Shown here piece after piece: positions 35,587 through 43,259 of a stretch of 45,651 nucleotides of DNA. Location: the IMG/VR virus record IMGVR_UViG_3300037478_000106, positions 1-45,651 of that record, one strand, 5' to 3'. The notes beneath the pieces were generated by a model, which saw only the letters and a program-made list of their open reading frames with translations, was not told the DNA's origin and ran no database searches. Position 1 is the first letter of the stretch. Each line of letters begins with the position of its first letter. The DNA comes from a virus (taxonomy: Duplodnaviria; Caudoviricetes). The position numbers and the translations under genes were made by a program.

Positions 35587-36824
35587 TACTCCTCCGGATT
35601 GGTATAGGACTTGATCTTCTGCAGTGCATGAGCACGGCGTTCAGAGTTCATCTCAACTCCGAAGAAGTCACGGCCAGTAGATGCAGCCGCCGCTGGGCAG
35701 GATCCTGAACCCACGAAGAAGTCTGCGACGATCTCGCCTGGGACAGTGAGTCGTCTGATAAGCTCGGCATAGAGCTCCACAGGTCGCTCAACCATAAGCT
35801 CAGACGCGCCCACCGGAGGGATGCGCAGCACATTCGGCTTACCTCGCTGGACTATCTGTGGAGTACCCTTGAAAGCGTGAATAGCAACATCGTAACCACG
35901 AGCGAAGTAACGATCAGGACGTAGAGTGAAAGTGCGACCCTCCGTCCTATCCCAGACGACCGGAATCTCATCAACCGTAAACCCAGCATCACGGAACGCC
36001 TCCTTGACTTCAGAGTACCATGAGATTCCAAAGAACCAGATGAGCCAGCCATCGGGCTTAAGGACACGGTAAAGATCTGGAGCCATTGTGAGAAGCCGAC
36101 GATAGTTCTCTGCATCATCCTTGTACGAGTTCATCGAAGCGGTGTCGTTCTCTCTGCGCTTATCATAGTCGATACCGAAAGGAGGATCGGTAATGATAGC
36201 ATGGAACGAGTTGTCTGGCACACGCTTGATGACTTCCACTGAGTCTCCGAGGATGATCTTCTTTTCTAGATCAGCGAAGTCCAGTGGAGTGTTCTTTACT
36301 GCATCCTTCCGAAGGATCTGCTTGGCCTTCGTATTAGCCATCGAGACAGCCTGAGTATGATTCTTTGCGTTCTTGGCAATCTCGGGAAAGAGCTCCATCA
36401 TCTTGACGAGCTTGTGCGCTTCAGAGACTTCCGCTGGCCGCACGTTAGCCAGGGCCACAGTTGCACTCTGTGTCCAGTTAGGATCTTGTGCGCGCTTGAG
36501 GTTATCAAGATCAGCAAGAGCCTTCGCGCGCTCCTGCCAGGTCATGTCTGTGCGCTGGATGTTGACTTCGAGTTCGATCTCTCGCGCAAGGAGAATAGAA
36601 ATCTCACCCTGACGAACAGCATCGATCTCGGTCCAGCCTGCTTCACGAGCCGCCGTGATTCTGTGCAAGCCATCAACCAGCTCACCATTAGCATCGAGGA
36701 TGATTGGCTGAAGCTGGCCAAACTTTTTCAGAGATTCTACGAGGCCCGAGAGGTCACTGGTTACTTCACGATATCGCTCTCGGCTGATCTGAATCTGGTC
36801 GAGAGGGACACGCTCGTAACTCAT
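35586..36824 (-). CDS. ParB-like domain fused to an N6-adenine/N4-cytosine DNA methyltransferase (beta class)
   Basis: GQLQPIIL...DGLHRITAA; HTH-like WTQSATVALANV; IITDPPFG then ADFFVGSGS. Confidence 0.9.
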   Translation of the reverse strand: MSYERVPLDQIQISRERYREVTSDLSGLVESLKKFGQLQPIILDANGELVDGLHRITAAREAGWTEIDAVRQGEISILLAREIELEVNIQRTDMTWQERAKALADLDNLKRAQDPNWTQSATVALANVRPAEVSEAHKLVKMMELFPEIAKNAKNHTQAVSMANTKAKQILRKDAVKNTPLDFADLEKKIILGDSVEVIKRVPDNSFHAIITDPPFGIDYDKRRENDTASMNSYKDDAENYRRLLTMAPDLYRVLKPDGWLIWFFGISWYSEVKEAFRDAGFTVDEIPVVWDRTEGRTFTLRPDRYFARGYDVAIHAFKGTPQIVQRGKPNVLRIPPVGASELMVERPVELYAELIRRLTVPGEIVADFFVGSGSCPAAAASTGRDFFGVEMNSERRAHALQKIKSYTNPEE

Positions 36825-37114
36825 GTCTGAGGCCGAACGATTGAGGGCTTCTCAGTGACTACAGACAGGCTCTGAGCCTTTGCCATTTCAGCCCGTGCCT
36901 CAGCATCAATCTCGATCGTGGCAACGTGAAGAACCTGTGCCATGTCGAAGCAGGCATGCGTGATAGTACCAAGCCTCGTCCGACCTTCGATGCACTTGCG
37001 GCCGGGCGAACCTTCGTTGTAAGACTCTACCACACCCATAGCAGATGCTTCATCGGTGAGGAGTTCCAGGCCTTCGACAGTCAATCCGATACGAAGCACA
37101 TGAGTAACAATCAT
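36821..37114 (-). CDS. Hypothetical protein, 97 aa
   Basis: GGAG RBS; ATGA overlap. Confidence 0.65.
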   Translation of the reverse strand: MIVTHVLRIGLTVEGLELLTDEASAMGVVESYNEGSPGRKCIEGRTRLGTITHACFDMAQVLHVATIEIDAEARAEMAKAQSLSVVTEKPSIVRPQT

Positions 37115-37131
37115 TGCATAGCTCCAAGAAG

Positions 37132-37175
37132 GGGGTGATGCCAGCGTTCCATTTATGGAAAACTGACACCACCCC
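37132..37175 (-). terminator. Intergenic hairpin (terminator or processing site) capped by palindromic motif copy 7 (37144..37163)
   Basis: GGGGUGGUGUCAG...CUGGCAUCACCCC with two G-U pairs on the transcribed strand, followed by CUUCUU. Confidence 0.65.
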
Positions 37176-37182
37176 GTAAAGG

Positions 37183-37560
37183 TTACGCGCGGAGATACGT
37201 CTTGATCTGATCCTGCTTGTTCCCGTTGTAGATCTGCTCCTCGACGACAACGTGGAACTTCTGGCCTACGAGGACATCGGTGTCGAAGGAGTGATCTGCG
37301 TTCGGGTCCTTCAGGTGGTCTGCGATCTCATCGAGATGGCAGGCGCGAAGCAGCTGGTCGAAGCTGAAAGCACCAGGACCCTCAAGGACGAGGTTCACGA
37401 TGCGATTCTTCACCTTGTCACCAACAGTGACTCCGACCTGACCCACGAGCATGGGATTACCGGCCTTGGAGGTCTTGTAGTCGCCGCTCAGCCACTCGGC
37501 TTCGTACGTACCAGGCTCGATAGGACCAATGCCAGAAAGGTCTGGGGTGATGATAGGCAT
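37183..37560 (-). CDS. DUF669-type putative ssDNA-binding protein
   Basis: PIEPGTYEA...KTSKAGNPML...LVGQKFHVVV...YNG; downstream of AAA_24. Confidence 0.75.
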   Translation of the reverse strand: MPIITPDLSGIGPIEPGTYEAEWLSGDYKTSKAGNPMLVGQVGVTVGDKVKNRIVNLVLEGPGAFSFDQLLRACHLDEIADHLKDPNADHSFDTDVLVGQKFHVVVEEQIYNGNKQDQIKTYLRA

Positions 37561-38360
37561 TACTTCTTCTCCTTGAGGTTTTGGAGTGATTTGTTGATAG
37601 CATCCCAGGTCCACTCCGTACCGTCTGGGACACCTAGGCGAGTGCCCACCTGCGAGATTCCATCAGACTGCGTCATCAGGCTACGCTTCATCTCCAAGCC
37701 TTGCTTCTGGACCTTGATGCGGTAGACCTCGCTGAACTTAAGCGGGATAAGCTGCCGCGACTTGCCAGTGAACATCGGCCCGATAGACTGGACGATACCT
37801 TCATCGTTGGAGATCACCTGCTCATGGCAGACAAGAACGAGGTGCTTGTTCGAGTCGAGACACATCTGGATGAACTGTTCAGCCATCGAACGCTCAGCTC
37901 CGAAGTCCTGCTGCTTCGGTGCGACGAGGCCAAACTTCTTGGCCATCTCCATAGTGTTGGACTTGACACCTGGCATGACGCCCCCGAGGAGGTAGATCGC
38001 CTTGTTGTTGGCGTACTCGGTAAGCATTGAACCAGAGTCGATAATCCAAGTATCGAACGTGTCACGAAGGTCAGGCTTCATGCACTTGTCAAAGTACTTG
38101 CAAGCGTCATCGAAAGCATGTGGCTCCGTGACTACACCAAGGTGGTTCTTCTTTGTCTCCTTGAACGACTCGTAGATAATCTCCTTCTCACCGAACTTCT
38201 TCTTCCACCAATCAGACGCGAGGGTCGATACGCCCTGATCGAAGTCGAGAATGTTCGGCCTTGGAAACGTAGCAGCGCCGGCGGTCTTGCCTGCCTTGAA
38301 CGAACCAAAGACCAAGACCTGTACCAGCTCAGTTGGCTTCCAATCCTTAATGCTTGCCAC
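37560..38360 (-). CDS. AAA_24/Sak4-like ATPase (single-strand annealing)
   Basis: VLVFGSFKAGKT, ILDFDQG, TWIIDS, LVCHE. Confidence 0.8.
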   Translation of the reverse strand: MASIKDWKPTELVQVLVFGSFKAGKTAGAATFPRPNILDFDQGVSTLASDWWKKKFGEKEIIYESFKETKKNHLGVVTEPHAFDDACKYFDKCMKPDLRDTFDTWIIDSGSMLTEYANNKAIYLLGGVMPGVKSNTMEMAKKFGLVAPKQQDFGAERSMAEQFIQMCLDSNKHLVLVCHEQVISNDEGIVQSIGPMFTGKSRQLIPLKFSEVYRIKVQKQGLEMKRSLMTQSDGISQVGTRLGVPDGTEWTWDAINKSLQNLKEKK

Positions 38361-38640
38361 GCTTCACCTTCTTACGTCGAGTGTACTTGCACTTCGGAGG
38401 ATCTTCTACCACCTCATCATCACCGATGAGCATGGTACGAGTGACTGAAGTCACTGACCGCTGGAGTTCCCGATGCCGCTCAAACGCGACAGCAGGCTGG
38501 TAGACTACGAGACGCTCGTAGCTATTCCAGTTCTCCTCGCACCAGTTGAGACACTCTTCCATTGAACCCTTGTACACGGGCGGGTTTCTGAAAGGGTCCC
38601 CTTCGTACACTACACAGCGTCTGTCGATTGCCTCATTCAT
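38347..38640 (-). CDS. Hypothetical protein, 97 aa
   Basis: GAGG before the ATG at 38640. Confidence 0.6.
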   Translation of the reverse strand: MNEAIDRRCVVYEGDPFRNPPVYKGSMEECLNWCEENWNSYERLVVYQPAVAFERHRELQRSVTSVTRTMLIGDDEVVEDPPKCKYTRRKKVKRGKH

Positions 38641-38815
38641 CTTGGTCCTCGTCGGCTGCGTCCGAAGGACGATCATCTCCGAAAAGATCGACTTCATCTT
38701 CATCGTCGTCCTCATCATCTAGGTCGAGGTCCAGATCGAGATCATCGTCTGGTGCGTCGGCCTGTTCTGCCCGGAGTTCAAGTTCCTCTTGCCCCGGTAG
38801 GTACTGGTCACTCAT
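38633..38815 (-). CDS. Extremely acidic 60-aa protein
   Basis: GGAG RBS; 30 of 60 residues are D/E. Confidence 0.65.
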   Translation of the reverse strand: MSDQYLPGQEELELRAEQADAPDDDLDLDLDLDDEDDDEDEVDLFGDDRPSDAADEDQDE

Positions 38816-39197
38816 GCGGGTACTCTCCATCTTGAAGGATTTTGTGCGCCACAGAGATGAAATGTCCATAGTCGTACTCGCCTATCTCGTGAGGCTGAGC
38901 ACGCTTCTTAAGGCCATAGATAACCGCATCAAGTTCCCGAGCAACATCCCAGCATTGCTTGATTCGAGTCTTGATGAGATCATTCCTGGACCTGATAAGA
39001 CGATCAACAAGTTCCATCGGTTCAACAGCTGCTTGGTGCTGTGTGACTTGTGCTACATACAGCTCGTCACCATCTTCTTCACTGAGGTGCTTTTCCCCTT
39101 CAGTCTTAATCACATCTGCCGCGAGAATTGCTGAGACCTCATCTTTACAGTAGACGATACCACGAAGAGAGATAATGAAAGGGATGAGTTCAGGCAT
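38808..39197 (-). CDS. Hypothetical protein, 129 aa
   Basis: Coupled ORF in the operon. Confidence 0.65.
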   Translation of the reverse strand: MPELIPFIISLRGIVYCKDEVSAILAADVIKTEGEKHLSEEDGDELYVAQVTQHQAAVEPMELVDRLIRSRNDLIKTRIKQCWDVARELDAVIYGLKKRAQPHEIGEYDYGHFISVAHKILQDGEYPHE

Positions 39198-39462
39198 TAA
39201 GAGTTTCCTCGATTAGTGCTTCTCCTTCTTCAGGGTGGCGAGCCGCAAGCTCATCGACGATGAACTCAATGAAAGTCTTGTGAAGTCGCTTGTCAAGGAG
39301 ACAAGTCTTCAATACATCATCAGACAGTGTATGCACCATTGATCTGATGACAGAAGGCTTAGAGCTCCCTGGGTACTTGTCCGCCAGCGCGTCGATGGCT
39401 TCGAGTGCTAGGTTCTTATAGTACTCAGGATTCATCACTCGGCGCTGGTGCTTAGTCGGCAT
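39190..39462 (-). CDS. Hypothetical protein, 90 aa
   Basis: GGAGG RBS. Confidence 0.65.
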   Translation of the reverse strand: MPTKHQRRVMNPEYYKNLALEAIDALADKYPGSSKPSVIRSMVHTLSDDVLKTCLLDKRLHKTFIEFIVDELAARHPEEGEALIEETLNA

Positions 39463-40429
39463 TTGGGACTACCTCCGTTCCGCCTCGGAGTTCGTAATCC
39501 CAAGGCTCTTGAATGTACTGTTGCTCAAGAAGCTTCTGCCGCTCGTTCTGCCGCGCCAGCTGATGGACACTGTGATACTCACACAGGCCATACAGTGTAC
39601 ACGCACCTGTGGATTTAGACCAATGGTTGAGAAGCTGAGAGGTCTTCAACTGGCAACACACCATGTAGACATTATCAAGCCACTCAGTGATCTCCTCAGG
39701 GAATCGAGAAGTGATTGAGCGCTCGAACTTGGTCTTGCCGACCTTGTACACACCGATAGCGTTGATGATCGCTCCGCCCACGGGAAGGCCAGACATCTGT
39801 GCAGCAGCCCATGCGTAACCAGTGACTTGGTTGTTCGGCTTGAACTGATTGAAGTACGAGCCGCCCAGCATGGAGGTAGACTTATGTTCGAGGACGTAGA
39901 CCGAACCACTGTACTCTACCACGCCGTCGAAGATGCCACCATACTCGATGGGCTCACAAGGACGATGGCACAAGCTGCAAACATCATCGTCCAAAGGCAA
40001 CCCCACACAGGTACGCCTCTCGGGTTCGACATCAGATTCTCCTGGCCGAGGAAGGTTACTGAGCTTACACGGCAGATACATGCCTGTATCCAGCGTGAAC
40101 GGTACCTCGATCAGCGGACCAGATGGACCCTTGACTACCTTGAAGTTTTCTTCAGGGTACTTCTTCGAGTACTCAATCATGACGGAGAGACACTTCTCCT
40201 TGGTCCGGTAGTCATCGATAGGAGAGTTCTCAGGCCATGACTTGTCGATGGCGTAGAGCGCAGCGGCAAGCCCATCACCTCGATGCCATGCAGCGAGACC
40301 TTCATGGATAGCTCCACCAAAGCCAAGAGCGCCAGAGCGCCTCATCGGAGTCCAACCCTTGTTCATCCTTAAATCGTATTTAGCTGGGCACGTTTGATAC
40401 ATTGTCAATGCAAAGTTGTCGATTTTCAA
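39452..40429 (-). CDS. PD-(D/E)XK Cas4/RecB-like exonuclease
   Basis: CPAKY, FGGAIH, GIFDGVV...LEHKS, QVTGY, C-terminal C..C; AGGAG RBS with TTG start. Confidence 0.85.
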   Translation of the reverse strand: MKIDNFALTMYQTCPAKYDLRMNKGWTPMRRSGALGFGGAIHEGLAAWHRGDGLAAALYAIDKSWPENSPIDDYRTKEKCLSVMIEYSKKYPEENFKVVKGPSGPLIEVPFTLDTGMYLPCKLSNLPRPGESDVEPERRTCVGLPLDDDVCSLCHRPCEPIEYGGIFDGVVEYSGSVYVLEHKSTSMLGGSYFNQFKPNNQVTGYAWAAAQMSGLPVGGAIINAIGVYKVGKTKFERSITSRFPEEITEWLDNVYMVCCQLKTSQLLNHWSKSTGACTLYGLCEYHSVHQLARQNERQKLLEQQYIQEPWDYELRGGTEVVPNAD

Positions 40430-40827
40430 ACTGACATCTCCTTAAGAATGGCGTGGATTTGTGACTTGCTAATCCCAAAGAGTGCAGCTAGTCGTCGAGT
40501 AGAGTATCCAGTATCTTGGAATACCTTAACAACTTCTGCTTTCTTCTCATTCGAGTACTTAGTACCAAGCCCTCGATTGAGATTCTCTTTTCTTGTTACA
40601 GGGTCTAAATGCTCTGGGTTGACACAGCGTCGAACACGACAAAGATGGTCCAAGTCTAACCCTTCTGGTACTGGACCTACCTTCAGAATGTACATCATTC
40701 TATGTGCACTCATACCATTAACAGAGCCATATCCGTTCTTGCTAATAGCACCAAGCCAAAGCCAGCATCCATTGGAATCTACTTCATACAACGTCTCCAG
40801 TGCTGTCCCTGCTTTAGCTTTGCCCAT
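40426..40827 (-). CDS. HNH homing-type endonuclease with C-terminal HTH
   Basis: CWLWLG..NGYG..AHR..DHLCRVRRCVNPEHL...EN; STRRLAALFGISKSQI. Confidence 0.9.
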   Translation of the reverse strand: MGKAKAGTALETLYEVDSNGCWLWLGAISKNGYGSVNGMSAHRMMYILKVGPVPEGLDLDHLCRVRRCVNPEHLDPVTRKENLNRGLGTKYSNEKKAEVVKVFQDTGYSTRRLAALFGISKSQIHAILKEMSV

Positions 40828-41017
40828 CTTCAGTCCTCGGCAGATTGTTTTCCTGCGCCCACTTGATAGCATTCTTTATCGCCGCAATAGTGACCTTAGT
40901 CATCGCAGCTCTGGATGGAAAGTATGCTTTGAACTCAGCCTTGAGACCAGGCGGCACCTCGACAAACCATCCAGCTTTGGGTTTTCTATTCGGTCGTCGT
41001 CGAGGACTTGACTCCAC
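40814..41017 (-). CDS. Small basic protein, possible ribbon-helix-helix regulator, 67 aa
   Basis: GGAG before the GTG at 41017; basic arm, GWFVEVP strand, two helices. Confidence 0.5.
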   Translation of the reverse strand: MESSPRRRPNRKPKAGWFVEVPPGLKAEFKAYFPSRAAMTKVTIAAIKNAIKWAQENNLPRTEDGQS

Positions 41018-41318
41018 GCTGTTGGCTCCAGTAGTTGAACATCTGCTCAAGACGCTGCTTGCGCTCAGAAATAAGAACGGCCCGAGCAGCGGACAGGATC
41101 TGCTGACGAGCAGCAAACTGGTCCGGTGTCAGGCCGAGGTGTGAGCTTCGCTTGTTGCGAATGATTGAGATGCCAGTGATCGCTTGTTGGATATCTGCGA
41201 GATCACGGATGAAGACGCTAAGCAAGGTGATGTCTGCACCTGTTGCATCTTCACGGTCACTACCCGCGTGTTCGTCTCCGAACAGCGCGACATACTCAGA
41301 CATTTTGTGCTGTGGCAT
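40986..41318 (-). CDS. Hypothetical protein, 110 aa
   Basis: First ORF after the promoter at 41367..41395. Confidence 0.65.
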   Translation of the reverse strand: MPQHKMSEYVALFGDEHAGSDREDATGADITLLSVFIRDLADIQQAITGISIIRNKRSSHLGLTPDQFAARQQILSAARAVLISERKQRLEQMFNYWSQQRGVKSSTTTE

Positions 41319-41366
41319 AGGCCCTGTTGAGTGGGAACTCAGCGGCGTGAGTCGGGGTGATGATAC

Positions 41367-41395
41367 AATATAACACGAGGCGCGGTACTACGCAA
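41367..41395 (-). promoter_or_regulatory. Sigma70-type promoter for the replication/recombination operon
   Basis: TTGCGT-17 bp-TATATT with extended TG. Confidence 0.85.
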
Positions 41396-41406
41396 TAGCG
41401 GATAAA

Positions 41407-41426
41407 GATTTCCGTTAATGGAAAAG
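41407..41426. promoter_or_regulatory. Palindromic motif, copy 8
   Basis: GATTTCCGTTAATGGAAAAG, between the tRNA-like element and the promoter. Confidence 0.7.
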
Positions 41427-41428
41427 AT

Positions 41429-41493
41429 TGGTGACGCCGAGACTTGAACTCGGATGGGTCCTAACCGGCCCTAGCGTTCCGTACCTCGTCACC
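41429..41493 (-). ncRNA. 65-nt tRNA-like element with degenerate D and anticodon arms
   Basis: Perfect 7-bp acceptor GGTGACG/CGTCACC+A; T-arm CCGAG TTCAAGT CTCGG; only 33 nt between them. Confidence 0.7.
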
Positions 41494-41564
41494 AGCTGGT
41501 TCTATCGAGAAACCAGCAAGCTCCCTAGAGAAGTACCCACGGTGCTCTAGGCCACCCCCCTGGA

Positions 41565-41990
41565 CTAACCAGCCAGAGCTTCGAGATCCGCTTCGGAGAG
41601 CTCGCCAGACGCGATCTTCTCGAGGAACTTCGAGAGCGTATCGCCCGAGACCTTCTCGGAAGCCTTCTTGGCAGAGCTGGCCGCACGAGTCGTAGGCGTA
41701 GCAGCACCAACCTGCCGCTTGCCAGGCTTGAACTCGAGCTGCTTCGTGGCGATCTCGTCATCGGTCTTGCCGGTGACCTTCAGACGACGAGCGATGGACT
41801 GAGCCGACACGCGGATGGAAGTACCATCAGCCATGTCGAGAACACCCTGCTCCCCGTAGAACTCGATCATCTTCTGGGCATTATCCCAGACGAGAATCGG
41901 AACATCTCCGAGCGACTGCGTGCCCTTGGCGGTCTTGACTTCGTCGAACTCGAAGTGTGCGCCTTCTGGGGCTTGGACGGTGAGTGGCAT
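41565..41990 (-). CDS. Hypothetical protein, 141 aa; paralogue of 4865..5305
   Basis: AGGAG RBS; own promoter; strong codon bias; MADGTSIRVSAQ motif. Confidence 0.85.
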   Translation of the reverse strand: MPLTVQAPEGAHFEFDEVKTAKGTQSLGDVPILVWDNAQKMIEFYGEQGVLDMADGTSIRVSAQSIARRLKVTGKTDDEIATKQLEFKPGKRQVGAATPTTRAASSAKKASEKVSGDTLSKFLEKIASGELSEADLEALAG

Positions 41991-42049
41991 CGAGCTGTAC
42001 TCCTGAGAATGTGGTGGCCGGAAAGTTGTTTTCCCGCCGTGGGATTACC

Positions 42050-42078
42050 AATATAACATGAGGATCGCCTCTACGCAA
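42050..42078 (-). promoter_or_regulatory. Sigma70-type promoter for gene 41565..41990
   Basis: TTGCGT-17 bp-TATATT with extended TG. Confidence 0.85.
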
Positions 42079-42097
42079 CCCCCAATATAAAAGGTGG

Positions 42098-42421
42098 TCA
42101 TCGCATAGGGATTTCCTCCTTGTGATCTTTGAGGTAGTTGGCCCAGGTCCGAGCGCCTGTGCGCCGAGCACGGATAGGTACGTGCATGTAGACGTACTGC
42201 ACGATACAGGGGAGAGTGATCAAGTTATACCTGTCCGCATGGTCTATGGCGTCAGAGAGATTATCCTCCATCACAGCCATAAGGAAGTCTCCGAGGTATG
42301 GCACCTCTCCAGAGGCCCACTTATCAATCGAGTTCTTGATGTGCGGATTAATGAAGCGCTTGGCAGGGAAATCTCGTGCGTGCTTCAGGACATCAATCGC
42401 TGCTGTGATTCTCTCATCCAT
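42098..42421 (-). CDS. Hypothetical phage protein, 107 aa
   Basis: GGAGG-cact-ATG; GDFLMAVMEDNL..A...AD..N motif. Confidence 0.7.
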   Translation of the reverse strand: MDERITAAIDVLKHARDFPAKRFINPHIKNSIDKWASGEVPYLGDFLMAVMEDNLSDAIDHADRYNLITLPCIVQYVYMHVPIRARRTGARTWANYLKDHKEEIPMR

Positions 42422-42527
42422 AGTGCCTCCCAAAGTATCGAACTGCGTGATAGATGATGAAGCCGATCAGAACAACTATCAGCCATGCAGTTGCATGAGC
42501 TGTCCAATGAGAGTCATGATTAGTCAT
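42414..42527 (-). CDS. 37-aa single-TM peptide, absent from the ORF track
   Basis: MTNHDSHWTAHATAWLIVVLIGFIIYHAVRYFGRHYG fills the gap with overlaps at both ends. Confidence 0.5.
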   Translation of the reverse strand: MTNHDSHWTAHATAWLIVVLIGFIIYHAVRYFGRHYG

Positions 42528-43029
42528 CTCGGATTGTCAAGAAGCGTTCGGCGATTTCTGCCGGGGGAAGTTCTCGGATGAGGTCCCAGTTCAGCTTGTA
42601 CCACTGGAGCCATGCAGCGATGGTCTCAAGGGACTGTCGCCCTGCGATACGCGCAGATTGACGATCCATAGGTAAGTGCTTGGCAGAGCTTGCAATGATG
42701 GATGACTTGTTGACTACGAAGAGTGCAGCCAACTGATTCCACGAGGCACCAGCGAGCCATGCGGCAGCGGTGAACAGACGCCTGCGGTGGTGGAGATCTT
42801 GCTTGTCCTGATAAGAAGACGATGCAGCGATGATCTCATGTGCGATCTTGAGATCATCATCTATCGTGTCCTCATCAGTACCAAGCTCGATGATGAGAGC
42901 GCGCTCGGCGTCAGAGAACCCTGACAAGTCTATGTTGGACAGGGTTGCCTTTGACAAGCGCCGATAGGCCACGATGTTCTTTACTCCCACACGGGAGATC
43001 AGATCATCTGGCCAAGGAGAAGAGCCCAT
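42520..43029 (-). CDS. Hypothetical protein with a possible HTH, 169 aa
   Basis: GASWNQLAALFVVNKSSI; TAATG coupling. Confidence 0.6.
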   Translation of the reverse strand: MGSSPWPDDLISRVGVKNIVAYRRLSKATLSNIDLSGFSDAERALIIELGTDEDTIDDDLKIAHEIIAASSSYQDKQDLHHRRRLFTAAAWLAGASWNQLAALFVVNKSSIIASSAKHLPMDRQSARIAGRQSLETIAAWLQWYKLNWDLIRELPPAEIAERFLTIRDD

Positions 43030-43259
43030 TATCTAAGGTCCCTCCACCAGTCTTGGATAGCCCACTTAGTATCCTCATAAGTGGCGATGATCTTCTCGAA
43101 GAATGAACTATACGTCCAGCGCATGATGGTACAACCTTCGGTAGAGCTTGTCACCCGCATGACATCCTTGGTGAGGATAACGTACTTGCCCCTCGACTCA
43201 GGCTCGAAGGGAATCTCTGAGAGGAGAGGAATCCGAGGCTTGTCTGTTTCGTTAGTCAT
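43029..43259 (-). CDS. Hypothetical protein, 76 aa
   Basis: GGAGG before the ATG (MTNETDKP...). Confidence 0.6.
   Translation of the reverse strand: MTNETDKPRIPLLSEIPFEPESRGKYVILTKDVMRVTSSTEGCTIMRWTYSSFFEKIIATYEDTKWAIQDWWRDLR

Noticed and set aside
39452-40429. CRISPR-Cas system suggested by the Cas4-like gene and the palindromic repeats
   Set aside because: The repeats are kilobases apart rather than arrayed with spacers, no other cas genes are present, and the nuclease sits in a Sak4/DUF669 recombination module.
41461-41470. Suppressor (TTA) or Asn (GTT) anticodon assignment for the tRNA-like element
   Set aside because: The loop and stem are non-canonical, so no anticodon can be placed, and genes terminate normally at TAA/TAG/TGA, so there is no sign of recoding.
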